From NCBI RefSeq assembly GCF_006345805.1, contig NW_021828236.1, positions 1 to 9,028 on the forward strand: a stretch of 9,028 nucleotides of DNA. Reading direction: 5' to 3'. Position 1 is the stretch's first letter, and every line of letters starts with the position of its first letter. A program made the position numbers and the translations under genes. Below are positions 8,700 to 9,028 of the stretch, in pieces. This DNA is from Octopus sinensis. Taxonomy: Eukaryota. The notes beneath the pieces are model-generated. The model did not search any database. It worked only from the letters and a program-made list of their open reading frames with translations, and was not told where the DNA came from.

Positions 8700-9028
8700 A
8701 CTTCATCAACAAGAGTACACTAAAACCACATTCTCTTTGAAAAGGACAAAAGAACCACCTAAACGTTAATCCTTGATTCTTCTGTTTTAAATATATAAAG
8801 TTTGTTCACTTTCTAGAGGCAGAAACGAAATAAACGATAATAGAGAAGATACATAAAACCCCAAAATAAAGCCCCCTCTGATACCAGTAAACGTCTTTAA
8901 AATCTACAACTGAAGTAATTTTCCGCTCGCTCCTAGGGAATTTATACACAGATGGAATAGCCATGGGTTCTCCTTAGGGCCTACGTTTGCTGCATTCTAC
9001 CTTGCGCAACATTGAACAGAATAATACC
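8700..9028 (+). mobile_element. Penelope-like retroelement reverse-transcriptase fragment (frameshifted, with stops); runs off the window end
   Basis: Colinear RT motifs across frameshifts: SVLNI*SLFT (SLFT 8799-8810, cf. S.DV.SLFT), PPLIPVNVFK (8872-8901), TTEVIFRSLLGNLYTDGIAMGSP (8906-8974), then PTFAAFY (8980-9000) after a 1-nt shift. This matches the PLE RT motif Q.DG.AMGSPLGP..AN. Confidence 0.85.

Overview
AT-rich, microsatellite-saturated eukaryotic DNA with no complete gene. The SINE sequences and repeat profile suggest a cephalopod, probably Octopus (inferred from recalled SINE consensus, not database-checked). Roughly a quarter to a third of the window is simple repeat (GATA/GACA, TA, TG, TATG, GAAA, a 300-bp C/T tract), and most ORFs in the supplied track are translations of these repeats. 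Supported elements: (1) a frameshifted Penelope-like (PLE) reverse-transcriptase fragment at the right end (SLFT ... DGIAMGSP-GPTF); (2) a ~335-bp non-coding element 1.2 kb upstream on the same strand, carrying a compact PLE-type hammerhead-ribozyme-like motif (7388-7425) and ending in a (TA)n tract; (3) several degenerate tRNA-derived SINE copies, one apparently split with its 5' half inverted; (4) low-confidence exon candidates, the best being a minus-strand terminal exon at 6127-6299 with a strong acceptor, 56 open codons and a downstream AATAAA. The most notable signal is the hammerhead-bearing PLE-related unit. This class is known, but this core variant and its context merit testing.
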